NCBI GenBank assembly: GCA_964276515.1
Contig: OZ193909.1
Span: 9,672,001 to 9,736,000, forward strand
DNA from: Gordius albopunctatus
Lineage: Eukaryota
DNA length: 64,000 bases
Direction: 5' to 3'
Shown: one piece after another, positions 38,422 through 54,100 of the stretch
Layout of the letters: every line of letters begins with the position of its first letter
Numbering within the stretch: the stretch's first letter is position 1
Notes under the pieces: model-generated
Databases searched by the model: none
What the model was told of the DNA's origin: nothing
The model's input: only the letters and a program-made list of their open reading frames with translations
Made by a program: the position numbers and the translations under genes

Positions 38422-41400
38422 TAGTTTTTGAGAAACAAACTCTATTTGATCGTGATTTAAAGTTAATAATTTTTGAGGACGATCAAAAATTTTTCACTAA
38501 TTGACCTCTGATATCAAATCTTTCATGACGGCTATATTGTTGAACAAAAAAATTGAAAAAATTTTGATGTCGAAAAAAATATTTATTTTCCTATTCTTTC
38601 GAAAGGGTGATGAAAAAATCTTTAAAATTTAGAAACTAAACTTTTCGTGTTGCGTTTAGATTGTTTCAAAATCGCTTTCTAAGCGTGTCTCTAGTTTTTG
38701 TGAAACAAACTCTATTTGATCGTGATTTAAAGTTAATAATTTTTGAGGACGATCAAAAATTTTTCACTAATTGACCTCTGATATCAAATCTTTCATGACG
38801 GCTATATTGTTGAACAAAAAAATTTCAAAAAATTTTGATGTCGAAAAAAATATTTATTTTCCTATTCTTTCGAAAGGGGGATGAAAAAATCTTTAAAATT
38901 TAGAAACTAAACTTTTCGGGTTGCGTTTAGATTGTTTCAAAATCGCTTTCTAAGCGTGTCTCTAGTTTTTGTGAAACAAACTCTATTTGATCGTGATTTA
39001 AAGTTAATAATTTTTGAGGACTGATCAAAAAATTTTTTCACTAATTGACCTCTGATATCAAAAACTTTCATGACGGCTATATTGTTGAACAAAAAAATTG
39101 AAAAATTTTTGAAGTCGAAAAAAATATTTATTTTCATATTCTATCATAAGGGGGCTGAAAGAATCTTTAAAAGTTAGTAAATATTCTTAGCATCATGTCC
39201 TTGTTAGAATCCGTATGATAATTTTTGAACGGAGTGAGGTTTTAGATTGAGAGAAACTAAACTTTTCGTGTTGCGTTTAGATTGTTTCAAAATCGCTTTC
39301 TAAGCGTGTCTCTAGTTTTTGAGAAACAAACTCTATTTGATCGTGATTTAAAGTTAAAAACTTTTGAGGACTGATCAAAAATTTTTTTCACTAATTGACC
39401 TCTGATATCATAAACTTTCATGACGGCTATATTGTTGAACAAAAAAATTGAAAAAATTTTGATGTCGAAAAAAATTTTTATTTTCATATTCTATCGAAAG
39501 GGTGCTGAAAGAATCTTTAAAATTTAGAAACTAAACTTTTCGTGTTGCGTTTAGATTGTTTCAAAATAGCTTTCTAAGCGTGTCTCTAGTTTTTGCGAAA
39601 CAAACTCTATGTGATCGTGATTTAAAGTTAATAATTTTTGAGGACTGATCAAAAAAATTTTTCACTAATTGACCTCTGATATCAAAAACTTTCATGACGG
39701 CTATATTGTTGAACAAAAAAATTGAAAAATTTTTGAAGTCGAAAAAAATATTTATTTTCATATTCTATCAAAAGGGGGCTGAAAGAATCTTTAAAAGTTA
39801 GTAAATATTCTTAGCATCATGTCCTTGTTAGAATCCGTATGATAATTTTTGCACGGGGTGAGGTTTTAGATTGAGAGAAACTAAACTTTTCGTGTTGCGT
39901 TTAGATTGTTTCAAAATCGCTTTCTAAGCGTGTCTCTAGTTTTTGAGAAACAAACTCTATTTGATCGTGATTTAAAGTTAAAAACTTTTGAGGACTGATC
40001 AAAAATTTTTTTCACTAATTGACCTCTGATATCATAAACTTTCATGACGGCTATATTGTTGAACAAAAAAATTGAAAAGATTTTGATGTCGAAAAAAATT
40101 TTTATTTTCCTATTCTTTCGAAAGGGGGATGAAAAAATCTTTAAAATTTAGAAACTAAACTTTTCGGGTTGCGTTTAGATTGTTTCAAAATCGCTTTCTA
40201 AGCGTGTCTCTAGTTTTTGTGAAACAAACTCTATTTGATCGTGATTTAAAGTTAATAATTTTTGAGGACTGATCAAAAAAATTTTTCACTAATTGACCTC
40301 TGATATCAAAAACTTTCATGACGGCTATATTGTTGAACAAAAAAATTGAAAAATTTTTGAAGTCGAAAAAAATATTTATTTTCATATTCTATCAAAAGGG
40401 GGCTGAAAGAATCTTTAAAAGTTAGTAAATATTCTTAGCATCATGTCCTTGTTAGAATCCGTATGATAATTTTTGCACGGGGTGAGGTTTTAGATTGAGA
40501 GAAACTAAACTTTTCGTGTTGCGTTTAGATTGTTTCAAAATCGCTTTCTAAGCGTGTCTCTAGTTTTTGAGAAACAAACTCTATTTGATCGTGATTTAAA
40601 GTTAATAATTTTTGAGGACGATCAAAAATTTTTCACTAATTGACCTCTGATATCAAATCTTTCATGACGGCTATATTGTTGAACAAAAAAATTGAAAAAA
40701 TTTTGATGTCGAAAAAAATATTTATTTTCCTATTCTTTCGAAAGGGTGATGAAAAAATCTTTAAAATTTAGAAACTAAACTTTTCGTGTTGCGTTTAGAT
40801 TGTTTCAAAATCGCTTTCTAAGCGTGTCTCTAGTTTTTGTGAAACAAACTCTATTTGATCGTGATTTAAAGTTAATAATTTTTGAGGACGATCAAAAATT
40901 TTTCACTAATTGACCTCTGATATCAAATCTTTCATGACGGCTATATTGTTGAACAAAAAAATTTCAAAAAATTTTGATGTCGAAAAAAATATTTATTTTC
41001 CTATTCTTTCGAAAGGGGGATGAAAAAATCTTTAAAATTTAGAAACTAAACTTTTCGGGTTGCGTTTAGATTGTTTCAAAATCGCTTTCTAAGCGTGTCT
41101 CTAGTTTTTGTGAAACAAACTCTATTTGATCGTGATTTAAAGTTAATAATTTTTGAGGACTGATCAAAAAATTTTTCACTAATTGACCTCTGATATCAAA
41201 AACTTTCATGACGGCTATATTGTTGAACAAAAAAATTGAAAAATTTTTGAAGTCGAAAAAAAATATTTATTTTCCTATTCTTTCCAAAGGGGGATGAAAA
41301 AATCTTTAAAATTTAGAAACTAAACTTTTCGTGTTGCGTTTAGATTGTTTCAAAATCGCTTTCTAAGCGTGTCTCTAGTTTTTGAGAAACAAACTCTATT

Positions 41401-44400
41401 TGATCGTGATTTAAAGTTAAAAACTTTTGAGGACTGATCAAAAATTTTTTTCACTAATTGACCTCTGATATCAAAAACTTTCATGACGGCTATATTGTTG
41501 AACAAAAAAATTGAAAAATTTTTGAAGTCGAAAAAAATATTTATTTTCCTATTCTTTCGAAAGGGGGATGAAAAAATCTTAAAAAGTTAGAAACTAAACT
41601 TTTCGTGTTGCGTTTAGATTGTTTCAAAATCGCTTTCTAAGCGTGTCTCTAGTTTTTGTGAAACAAACTCTATTTGATCGTGATATAAAGTTAATAATTT
41701 TTGAGGACTGATCAAAAAATTTTTCACTAATTGACCTCTGATATCAAAAACTTTCATGACGCCTATATTGTTGAACAAAAAAATTGAAAAATTTTTGAAG
41801 TCGAAAAAAATATTTATTTTCATATTCTATCAAAAGGGGGCTGAAAGAATCTTTAAAAGTTAGTAAATATTCTTAGCATCATGTCCTTGTTAGAATCCGT
41901 ATGATAATTTTTGCACGGGGTGAGGTTTTAGATTGAGAGAAACTAAACTTTTCGTGTTGCGTTTAGATTGTTTCAAAATCGCTTTCTAAGCGTGTCTCTA
42001 GTTTTTGAGAAACAAACTCTATTTGATCGTGATTTAAAGTTAAAAACTTTTGAGGACTGATCAAAAATTTTTTTCACTAATTGACCTCTGATATCAAAAA
42101 CTTTCATGACGGCTATATTGTTGAACAAAAAAATTGAAAAATTTTTGAAGTCGAAAAAAATATTTATTTTCCTATTCTTTCGAAAGGGGGATGAAAAAAT
42201 CTTTAAAAGTTAGAAACTAAACTTTTCGTGTTGCGTTTAGATTGTTTCAAAATCGCTTTCTAAGCGTGTCTCTAATTTTTGTGAAACAAACTCTATTTGA
42301 TCGTGATATAAAGTTAATAATTTTTGAGGACTGATCAAAAAATTTTTCACTAATTGACCTCTGATATCAAAAACTTTCATGACGCCTATATTGTTGAACA
42401 AAAAAATTGAAAAATTTTTGAAGTCGAAAAAAATATTTATTTTCATATTCTATCAAAAGGGGGCTGAAAGAATCTTTAAAAGTTAGTAAATATTCTTAGC
42501 ATCATGTCCTTGTTAGAATCCGTATGATAATTTTTGCACGGGGTGAGGTTTTAGATTGAGAGAAACTAAACTTTTCGTGTTGCGTTTAGATTGTTTCAAA
42601 ATCGCTTTCTAAGCGTGTCTCTAGTTTTTGAGAAACAAACTCTATTTGATCGTGATTTAAAGTTAAAAATTTTTGAGGACTGATCAAAAATTTTTTTCAC
42701 TAATTGACCTCTGATATCAAAAACTTTCATGACGGCTATATTGTTGAACAAAAAAATTGAAAAATTTTTGAAGTCGAAAAAAATATTTATTTTCATATTC
42801 TATCAAAAGGGGGCTGAAAGAATCTTTAAAAGTTAGTAAATATTCTTAGCATCATGTCCTTGTTAGAATCCGTATGATAATTTTTGCACGGGGTGAGGTT
42901 TTAGATTGAGAGAAACTAAACTTTTCGTGTTGCGTTTAGATTGTTTCAAAATCGCTTTCTAAGCGTGTCTCTAGTTTTTGAGAAACAAACTCTATTTGAT
43001 CGTGATTTAAAGTTAATAATTTTTGAGGACGATCAAAAATTTTTCACTAATTGACCTCTGATATCAAATCTTTCATGACGGCTATATTGTTGAACAAAAA
43101 AATTGAAAAAATTTTGATGTCGAAAAAAATATTTATTTTCATATTCTATCAAAAGGGGGCTGAAAGAATCTTTAAAAGTTAGTAAATATTCTTAGCATCA
43201 TGTCCTTGTTAGAATCCGTATGATAATTTTTGCATGGGGTGAGGTTTTAGATTGAAAGAAACTAAACTTTTCGTGTTGCGTTTAGATTGTTTCAAAATCG
43301 CTTTCTAAGCGTGTCTCTAGTTTTTGTGAATCAAACTCTATTTGATCGTGATTTAAAGTTAATAATTTTTGAGGACTGATCAAAAAATTTTTCACTAATT
43401 GACCTCTGATATCAAAAACTTTCATGACGGCTATATTGTTGAACAAAAAAATTGAAAAATTTTTGAAGTCGAAAAAAATATTTATTTTCATATTCTATCA
43501 AAAGGGGGCTGAAAGAATCTTTAAAAGTTAGTAAATATTCTTAGCATCATGTCCTTGTTAGAATCCGTATGATAATTTTTGCATGGGGTGAGGTTTTAGA
43601 TTGAGAGAAACTAAACTTTTCGTGTTGCGTTTAGATTGTTTCAAAATCGCTTTCTAAGCGTGTCTCTAGTTTTTGAGAAACAAACTCTATTTGATCGTGA
43701 TTTAAAGTTAATAATTTTTGAGGACGATCAAAAATTTTTCACTAATTGACCTCTGATATCAAATCTTTCATGACGGCTATATTTTTGAACAAAAAAATTG
43801 AAAAAATTTTGATGTCGAAAAAAATATTTATTTTCATATTCTATCGAAAGAGTGCTGAAAGAATCTTTAAAATTTAGAAACTAAACTTTTCGTGTTGCGT
43901 TTAGATTGTTTCAAAATAGCTTTCTAAGCGTGTCTCTAGTTTTTGCGAAACAAACTCTATGTGATCGTGATTTAAAGTTAATAATTTTTGAGGACTGATC
44001 AAAAAAATTTTTCACTAATTGACCTCTGATATCAAAAACTTTCATGACGGCTATATTGTTGAACAAAAAAATTTCAAAAAATTTTGATGTCGAAAAAAAT
44101 ATTTATTTTCCTATTCTTTCGAAAGGGGGATGAAAGAATCTTTAAAAGTTAGTAAATATTCTTAGCATCATGTCCTTGTTAGAATCCGTATGATAATTTT
44201 TGAACGGAGTGAGGTTTTAGATTGAGAGAAACTAAACTTTTCGTGTTGCGTTTAGATTGTTTCAAAATCGCTTTCTAAGCGTGTCTCTAGTTTTTGAGAA
44301 ACAAACTCTATTTGATCGTGATTTAAAGTTAAAAACTTTTGAGGACTGATCAAAAATTTTTTTCACTAATTGACCTCTGATATCATAAACTTTCATGACG

Positions 44401-46464
44401 GCTATATTTTTGAACAAAAAAATTGAAAAAATTTTGATGTCGAAAAAAATATTTATTTTCATATTCTATCGAAAGGGTGCTGAAAGAATCTTTAAAATTT
44501 AGAAACTAAACTTTTCGTGTTGCGTTTAGATTGTTTCAAAATAGCTTTCTAAGCGTGTCTCTAGTTTTTGCGAAACAAACTCTATGTGATCGTGATTTAA
44601 AGTTAATAATTTTTGAGGACGATCAAAAATTTTTCACTAATTGACCTCTGATATCAAATCTTTCATGACGGCTATATTGTTGAACAAAAAAATTTCAAAA
44701 AATTTTGATGTCGAAAAAAATATTTATTTTCCTATTCTTTCGAAAGGGGGATGAAAGAATCTTTAAAAGTTAGTAAATATTCTTAGCATCATGTCCTTGT
44801 TAGAATCCGTATGATAATTTTTGAACGGAGTGAGGTTTTAGATTGAGAGAAACTAAACTTTTCGTGTTGCGTTTAGATTGTTTCAAAATCGCTTTCTAAG
44901 CGTGTCTCTAGTTTTTGAGAAACAAACTCTATTTGATCGTGATTTAAAGTTAAAAACTTTTGAGGACTGATCAAAAATTTTTTTCACTAATTGACCTCTG
45001 ATATCAAAAACTTTCATGACGGCTATATTGTTGAACAAAAAAATTGAAAAATTTTTGAAGTCGAAAAAAATATTTATTTTCATATTCTATCAAAAGGGGG
45101 CTGAAAGAATCTTTAAAAGTTAGTAAATATTCTTAGCATCATGTCCTTGTTAGAATCCGTATGATAATTTTTGCATGGGGTGAGGTTTTAGATTGAGAGA
45201 AACTAAACTTTTCGTGTTGCGTTTAGATTGTTTCAAAATCGCTTTCTAAGCGTGTCTCTAGTTTTTGAGAAACAAACTCTATTTGATCGTGATTTAAAGT
45301 TAATAATTTTTGAGGACGATCAAAAATTTTTCACTAATTGACCTCTGATATCAAATCTTTCATGACGGCTATATTTTTGAACAAAAAAATTGAAAAAATT
45401 TTGATGTCGAAAAAAATATTTATTTTCCTATTCTTTCGAAAGGGTGATGAAAAAATCTTTAAAATTTAGAAACTAAACTTTTCGTGTTGCGTTTAGATTG
45501 TTTCAAAATCGCTTTCTAAGCGTGTCTCTAGTTTTTGTGAAACAAACTCTATTTGATCGTGATTTAAAGTTAATAATTTTTGAGGACGATCAAAAATTTT
45601 TCACTAATTGACCTCTGATATCAAATCTTTCATGACGGCTATATTGTTGAACAAAAAAATTTCAAAAAATTTTGATGTCGAAAAAAATATTTATTTTCCT
45701 ATTCTTTCGAAAGGGGGATGAAAGAATCTTTAAAAGTTAGTAAATATTCTTAGCATCATGTCCTTGTTAGAATCCGTATGATAATTTTTGAACGGAGTGA
45801 GGTTTTAGATTGAGAGAAACTAAACTTTTCGTGTTGCGTTTAGATTGTTTCAAAATCGCTTTCTAAGCGTGTCTCTAGTTTTTGAGAAACAAACTCTATT
45901 TGATCGTGATTTAAAGTTAAAAACTTTTGAGGACTGATCAAAAATTTTTTTCACTAATTGACCTCTGATATCATAAACTTTCATGACGGCTATATTTTTG
46001 AACAAAAAAATTGAAAAAATTTTGATGTCGAAAAAAATATTTATTTTCATATTCTATCGAAAGGGTGCTGAAAGAATCTTTAAAATTTAGAAACTAAACT
46101 TTTCGTGTTGCGTTTAGATTGTTTCAAAATAGCTTTCTAAGCGTGTCTCTAGTTTTTGCGAAACAAACTCTATGTGATCGTGATTTAAAGTTAATAATTT
46201 TTGAGGACTGATCAAAAAAATTTTTCACTAATTGACCTCTGATATCAAAAACTTTCATGACGGCTATATTGTTGAACAAAAAAATTGAAAAATTTTTGAA
46301 GTCGAAAAAAATATTTATTTTCATATTCTATCAAAAGGGGGCTGAAAGAATCTTTAAAAGTTAGTAAATATTCTTAGCATCATGTCCTTGTTAGAATCCG
46401 TATGATAATTTTTGCACGGGGTGAGGTTTTAGATTGAGAGAAACTAAACTTTTCGTGTTGCGTT

Positions 46465-46534
46465 TAGATTGTTTCAAAATCGCTTTCTAAGCGTGTCTCT
46501 AGATTGTTTCAAAATCGCTTTCTAAGCGTGTCTC
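46465..46534. repeat. 35-bp intra-monomer tandem duplication (copy 2 of 5)
   Basis: Same duplicated 35-mer and junction as at 38352. Confidence 0.95.
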
Positions 46535-49500
46535 TAGTTTTTGAGAAACAAACTCTATTTGATCGTGATTTAAAGTTAATAATTTTTGAGGACGATCAAA
46601 AATTTTTCACTAATTGACCTCTGATATCAAATCTTTCATGACGGCTATATTGTTGAACAAAAAAATTGAAAAAATTTTGATGTCGAAAAAAATATTTATT
46701 TTCCTATTCTTTCGAAAGGGTGATGAAAAAATCTTTAAAATTTAGAAACTAAACTTTTCGTGTTGCGTTTAGATTGTTTCAAAATCGCTTTCTAAGCGTG
46801 TCTCTAGTTTTTGTGAAACAAACTCTATTTGATCGTGATTTAAAGTTAATAATTTTTGAGGACGATCAAAAATTTTTCACTAATTGACCTCTGATATCAA
46901 ATCTTTCATGACGGCTATATTGTTGAACAAAAAAATTTCAAAAAATTTTGATGTCGAAAAAAATATTTATTTTCCTATTCTTTCGAAAGGGGGATGAAAA
47001 AATCTTTAAAATTTAGAAACTAAACTTTTCGGGTTGCGTTTAGATTGTTTCAAAATCGCTTTCTAAGCGTGTCTCTAGTTTTTGTGAAACAAACTCTATT
47101 TGATCGTGATTTAAAGTTAATAATTTTTGAGGACTGATCAAAAAATTTTTTCACTAATTGACCTCTGATATCAAAAACTTTCATGACGGCTATATTGTTG
47201 AACAAAAAAATTGAAAAATTTTTGAAGTCGAAAAAAATATTTATTTTCATATTCTATCATAAGGGGGCTGAAAGAATCTTTAAAAGTTAGTAAATATTCT
47301 TAGCATCATGTCCTTGTTAGAATCCGTATGATAATTTTTGAACGGAGTGAGGTTTTAGATTGAGAGAAACTAAACTTTTCGTGTTGCGTTTAGATTGTTT
47401 CAAAATCGCTTTCTAAGCGTGTCTCTAGTTTTTGAGAAACAAACTCTATTTGATCGTGATTTAAAGTTAAAAACTTTTGAGGACTGATCAAAAATTTTTT
47501 TCACTAATTGACCTCTGATATCATAAACTTTCATGACGGCTATATTGTTGAACAAAAAAATTGAAAAAATTTTGATGTCGAAAAAAATTTTTATTTTCAT
47601 ATTCTATCGAAAGGGTGCTGAAAGAATCTTTAAAATTTAGAAACTAAACTTTTCGTGTTGCGTTTAGATTGTTTCAAAATAGCTTTCTAAGCGTGTCTCT
47701 AGTTTTTGCGAAACAAACTCTATGTGATCGTGATTTAAAGTTAATAATTTTTGAGGACTGATCAAAAAAATTTTTCACTAATTGACCTCTGATATCAAAA
47801 ACTTTCATGACGGCTATATTGTTGAACAAAAAAATTTCAAAAAATTTTGATGTCGAAAAAAATATTTATTTTCCTATTCTTTCGAAAGGGGGATGAAAGA
47901 ATCTTTAAAAGTTAGTAAATATTCTTAGCATCATGTCCTTGTTAGAATCCGTATGATAATTTTTGAACGGAGTGAGGTTTTAGATTGAGAGAAACTAAAC
48001 TTTTCGTGTTGCGTTTAGATTGTTTCAAAATCGCTTTCTAAGCGTGTCTCTAGTTTTTGAGAAACAAACTCTATTTGATCGTGATTTAAAGTTAAAAACT
48101 TTTGAGGACTGATCAAAAATTTTTTTCACTAATTGACCTCTGATATCAAAAACTTTCATGACGGCTATATTGTTGAACAAAAAAATTGAAAAATTTTTGA
48201 AGTCGAAAAAAATATTTATTTTCATATTCTATCAAAAGGGGGCTGAAAGAATCTTTAAAAGTTAGTAAATATTCTTAGCATCATGTCCTTGTTAGAATCC
48301 GTATGATAATTTTTGCATGGGGTGAGGTTTTAGATTGAGAGAAACTAAACTTTTCGTGTTGCGTTTAGATTGTTTCAAAATCGCTTTCTAAGCGTGTCTC
48401 TAGTTTTTGAGAAACAAACTCTATTTGATCGTGATTTAAAGTTAATAATTTTTGAGGACGATCAAAAATTTTTCACTAATTGACCTCTGATATCAAATCT
48501 TTCATGACGGCTATATTTTTGAACAAAAAAATTGAAAAAATTTTGATGTCGAAAAAAATATTTATTTTCCTATTCTTTCGAAAGGGTGATGAAAAAATCT
48601 TTAAAATTTAGAAACTAAACTTTTCGTGTTGCGTTTAGATTGTTTCAAAATCGCTTTCTAAGCGTGTCTCTAGTTTTTGTGAAACAAACTCTATTTGATC
48701 GTGATTTAAAGTTAATAATTTTTGAGGACGATCAAAAATTTTTCACTAATTGACCTCTGATATCAAATCTTTCATGACGGCTATATTGTTGAACAAAAAA
48801 ATTTCAAAAAATTTTGATGTCGAAAAAAATATTTATTTTCCTATTCTTTCGAAAGGGGGATGAAAGAATCTTTAAAAGTTAGTAAATATTCTTAGCATCA
48901 TGTCCTTGTTAGAATCCGTATGATAATTTTTGAACGGAGTGAGGTTTTAGATTGAGAGAAACTAAACTTTTCGTGTTGCGTTTAGATTGTTTCAAAATCG
49001 CTTTCTAAGCGTGTCTCTAGTTTTTGAGAAACAAACTCTATTTGATCGTGATTTAAAGTTAATAATTTTTGAGGACGATCAAAAATTTTTCACTAATTGA
49101 CCTCTGATATCAAATCTTTCATGACGGCTATATTGTTGAACAAAAAAATTGAAAAAATTTTGATGTCGAAAAAAATATTTATTTTCCTATTCTTTCGAAA
49201 GGGTGATGAAAAAATCTTTAAAATTTAGAAACTAAACTTTTCGTGTTGCGTTTAGATTGTTTCAAAATCGCTTTCTAAGCGTGTCTCTAGTTTTTGTGAA
49301 ACAAACTCTATTTGATCGTGATTTAAAGTTAATAATTTTTGAGGACGATCAAAAATTTTTCACTAATTGACCTCTGATATCAAATCTTTCATGACGGCTA
49401 TATTGTTGAACAAAAAAATTTCAAAAAATTTTGATGTCGAAAAAAATATTTATTTTCCTATTCTTTCGAAAGGGGGATGAAAAAATCTTTAAAATTTAGA

Positions 49501-51115
49501 AACTAAACTTTTCGGGTTGCGTTTAGATTGTTTCAAAATCGCTTTCTAAGCGTGTCTCTAGTTTTTGTGAAACAAACTCTATTTGATCGTGATTTAAAGT
49601 TAATAATTTTTGAGGACTGATCAAAAAATTTTTCACTAATTGACCTCTGATATCAAAAACTTTCATGACGGCTATATTGTTGAACAAAAAAATTGAAAAA
49701 TTTTTGAAGTCGAAAAAAATATTTATTTTCATATTCTATCATAAGGGGGCTGAAAGAATCTTTAAAAGTTAGTAAATATTCTTAGCATCATGTCCTTGTT
49801 AGAATCCGTATGATAATTTTTGAACGGAGTGAGGTTTTAGATTGAGAGAAACTAAACTTTTCGTGTTGCGTTTAGATTGTTTCAAAATCGCTTTCTAAGC
49901 GTGTCTCTAGTTTTTGAGAAACAAACTCTATTTGATCGTGATTTAAAGTTAAAAACTTTTGAGGACTGATCAAAAATTTTTTTCACTAATTGACCTCTGA
50001 TATCATAAACTTTCATGACGGCTATATTGTTGAACAAAAAAATTGAAAAAATTTTGATGTCGAAAAAAATTTTTATTTTCATATTCTATCGAAAGGGTGC
50101 TGAAAGAATCTTTAAAATTTAGAAACTAAACTTTTCGTGTTGCGTTTAGATTGTTTCAAAATAGCTTTCTAAGCGTGTCTCTAGTTTTTGCGAAACAAAC
50201 TCTATGTGATCGTGATTTAAAGTTAATAATTTTTGAGGACTGATCAAAAAAATTTTTCACTAATTGACCTCTGATATCAAAAACTTTCATGACGGCTATA
50301 TTGTTGAACAAAAAAATTGAAAAATTTTTGAAGTCGAAAAAAATATTTATTTTCATATTCTATCAAAAGGGGGCTGAAAGAATCTTTAAAAGTTAGTAAA
50401 TATTCTTAGCATCATGTCCTTGTTAGAATCCGTATGATAATTTTTGCACGGGGTGAGGTTTTAGATTGAGAGAAACTAAACTTTTCGTGTTGCGTTTAGA
50501 TTGTTTCAAAATCGCTTTCTAAGCGTGTCTCTAGTTTTTGAGAAACAAACTCTATTTGATCGTGATTTAAAGTTAATAATTTTTGAGGACGATCAAAAAT
50601 TTTTCACTAATTGACCTCTGATATCAAATCTTTCATGACGGCTATATTGTTGAACAAAAAAATTGAAAAAATTTTGATGTCGAAAAAAATATTTATTTTC
50701 CTATTCTTTCGAAAGGGGGATGAAAAAATCTTTAAAATTTAGAAACTAAACTTTTCGTGTTGCGTTTAGATTGTTTCAAAATCGCTTTCTAAGCGTGTCT
50801 CTAGTTTTTGTGAAACAAACTCTATTTGATCGTGATTTAAAGTTAATAATTTTTGAGGACTGATAAAAAATTTTTTCACTAATTGACCTCTGATATCAAA
50901 AACTTTCATGACGGCTATATTGTTGAACAAAAAAATTGAAAAATTTTTGAAGTCGAAAAAAATATTTATTTTCATATTCTATCAAAAGGGGGCTGAAAGA
51001 ATCTTTAAAAGTTAGTAAATATTCTTAGCATCATGTCCTTGTTAGAATCCGTATGATAATTTTTGCACGGGGTGAGGTTTTAGATTGAGAGAAAATAAAC
51101 TTTTCGTGTTGCGTT

Positions 51116-51185
51116 TAGATTGTTTCAAAATCGCTTTCTAAGCGTGTCTCTAGATTGTTTCAAAATCGCTTTCTAAGCGTGTCTC
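51116..51185. repeat. 35-bp intra-monomer tandem duplication (copy 3 of 5)
   Basis: Same duplicated 35-mer and junction. Confidence 0.95.
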
Positions 51186-54100
51186 TAGTTTTTGAGAAAC
51201 AAACTCTATTTGATCGTGATTTAAAGTTAATAATTTTTGAGGACGATCAAAAATTTTTCACTAATTGACCTCTTATATCAAATCTTTCATGACGGCTATA
51301 TTGTTGAACAAAAAAATTGAAAAAATTTTGATGTCGAAAAAAATATTTATTTTCCTATTCTTTCGAAAGGGTGATGAAAAAATCTTTAAAATTTAGAAAC
51401 TAAACTTTTCGTGTTGCGTTTAGATTGTTTCAAAATCGCTTTCTAAGCGTGTCTCTAGTTTTTGTGAAACAAACTCTATTTGATCGTGATTTAAAGTTAA
51501 TAATTTTTGAGGACGATCAAAAATTTTTCACTAATTGACCTCTGATATCAAATCTTTCATGACGGCTATATTGTTGAACAAAAAAATTTCAAAAAATTTT
51601 GATGTCGAAAAAAATATTTATTTTCCTATTCTTTCGAAAGGGGGATGAAAAAATCTTTAAAATTTAGAAACTAAACTTTTCGGGTTGCGTTTAGATTGTT
51701 TCAAAATCGCTTTCTAAGCGTGTCTCTAGTTTTTGTGAAACAAACTCTATTTGATCGTGATTTAAAGTTAATAATTTTTGAGGACTGATCAAAAAATTTT
51801 TTCACTAATTGACCTCTGATATCAAAAACTTTCATGACGGCTATATTGTTGAACAAAAAAATTGAAAAATTTTTGAAGTCGAAAAAAATATTTATTTTCA
51901 TATTCTATCATAAGGGGGCTGAAAGAATCTTTAAAAGTTAGTAAATATTCTTAGCATCATGTCCTTGTTAGAATCCGTATGATAATTTTTGAACGGAGTG
52001 AGGTTTTAGATTGAGAGAAACTAAACTTTTCGTGTTGCGTTTAGATTGTTTCAAAATCGCTTTCTAAGCGTGTCTCTAGTTTTTGAGAAACAAACTCTAT
52101 TTGATCGTGATTTAAAGTTAAAAACTTTTGAGGACTGATCAAAAATTTTTTTCACTAATTGACCTCTGATATCATAAACTTTCATGACGGCTATATTGTT
52201 GAACAAAAAAATTGAAAAAATTTTGATGTCGAAAAAAATTTTTATTTTCATATTCTATCGAAAGGGTGCTGAAAGAATCTTTAAAATTTAGAAACTAAAC
52301 TTTTCGTGTTGCGTTTAGATTGTTTCAAAATAGCTTTCTAAGCGTGTCTCTAGTTTTTGCGAAACAAACTCTATGTGATCGTGATTTAAAGTTAATAATT
52401 TTTGAGGACTGATCAAAAAAATTTTTCACTAATTGACCTCTGATATCAAAAACTTTCATGACGGCTATATTGTTGAACAAAAAAATTTCAAAAAATTTTG
52501 ATGTCGAAAAAAATATTTATTTTCCTATTCTTTCGAAAGGGGGATGAAAGAATCTTTAAAAGTTAGTAAATATTCTTAGCATCATGTCCTTGTTAGAATC
52601 CGTATGATAATTTTTGAACGGAGTGAGGTTTTAGATTGAGAGAAACTAAACTTTTCGTGTTGCGTTTAGATTGTTTCAAAATCGCTTTCTAAGCGTGTCT
52701 CTAGTTTTTGAGAAACAAACTCTATTTGATCGTGATTTAAAGTTAAAAACTTTTGAGGACTGATCAAAAATTTTTTTCACTAATTGACCTCTGATATCAT
52801 AAACTTTCATGACGGCTATATTTTTGAACAAAAAAATTGAAAAAATTTTGATGTCGAAAAAAATATTTATTTTCATATTCTATCGAAAGGGTGCTGAAAG
52901 AATCTTTAAAATTTAGAAACTAAACTTTTCGTGTTGCGTTTAGATTGTTTCAAAATAGCTTTCTAAGCGTGTCTCTAGTTTTTGCGAAACAAACTCTATG
53001 TGATCGTGATTTAAAGTTAATAATTTTTGAGGACGATCAAAAATTTTTCACTAATTGACCTCTGATATCAAATCTTTCATGACGGCTATATTGTTGAACA
53101 AAAAAATTTCAAAAAATTTTGATGTCGAAAAAAATATTTATTTTCCTATTCTTTCGAAAGGGGGATGAAAGAATCTTTAAAAGTTAGTAAATATTCTTAG
53201 CATCATGTCCTTGTTAGAATCCGTATGATAATTTTTGAACGGAGTGAGGTTTTAGATTGAGAGAAACTAAACTTTTCGTGTTGCGTTTAGATTGTTTCAA
53301 AATCGCTTTCTAAGCGTGTCTCTAGTTTTTGAGAAACAAACTCTATTTGATCGTGATTTAAAGTTAAAAACTTTTGAGGACTGATCAAAAATTTTTTTCA
53401 CTAATTGACCTCTGATATCAAAAACTTTCATGACGGCTATATTGTTGAACAAAAAAATTGAAAAATTTTTGAAGTCGAAAAAAATATTTATTTTCATATT
53501 CTATCAAAAGGGGGCTGAAAGAATCTTTAAAAGTTAGTAAATATTCTTAGCATCATGTCCTTGTTAGAATCCGTATGATAATTTTTGCATGGGGTGAGGT
53601 TTTAGATTGAGAGAAACTAAACTTTTCGTGTTGCGTTTAGATTGTTTCAAAATCGCTTTCTAAGCGTGTCTCTAGTTTTTGAGAAACAAACTCTATTTGA
53701 TCGTGATTTAAAGTTAATAATTTTTGAGGACGATCAAAAATTTTTCACTAATTGACCTCTGATATCAAATCTTTCATGACGGCTATATTTTTGAACAAAA
53801 AAATTGAAAAAATTTTGATGTCGAAAAAAATATTTATTTTCCTATTCTTTCGAAAGGGTGATGAAAAAATCTTTAAAATTTAGAAACTAAACTTTTCGTG
53901 TTGCGTTTAGATTGTTTCAAAATCGCTTTCTAAGCGTGTCTCTAGTTTTTGTGAAACAAACTCTATTTGATCGTGATTTAAAGTTAATAATTTTTGAGGA
54001 CGATCAAAAATTTTTCACTAATTGACCTCTGATATCAAATCTTTCATGACGGCTATATTGTTGAACAAAAAAATTTCAAAAAATTTTGATGTCGAAAAAA

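Larger units (their letters stand above)
33059..47836. repeat. ~6.7-kb block in two copies (about 33059-39723 and 41172-47836; offset 8113 bp)
   Basis: Ten consecutive ORFs from 33501 to 39287 recur at +8113; both copies carry the 35-bp duplication (38352/46465). Confidence 0.92.
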
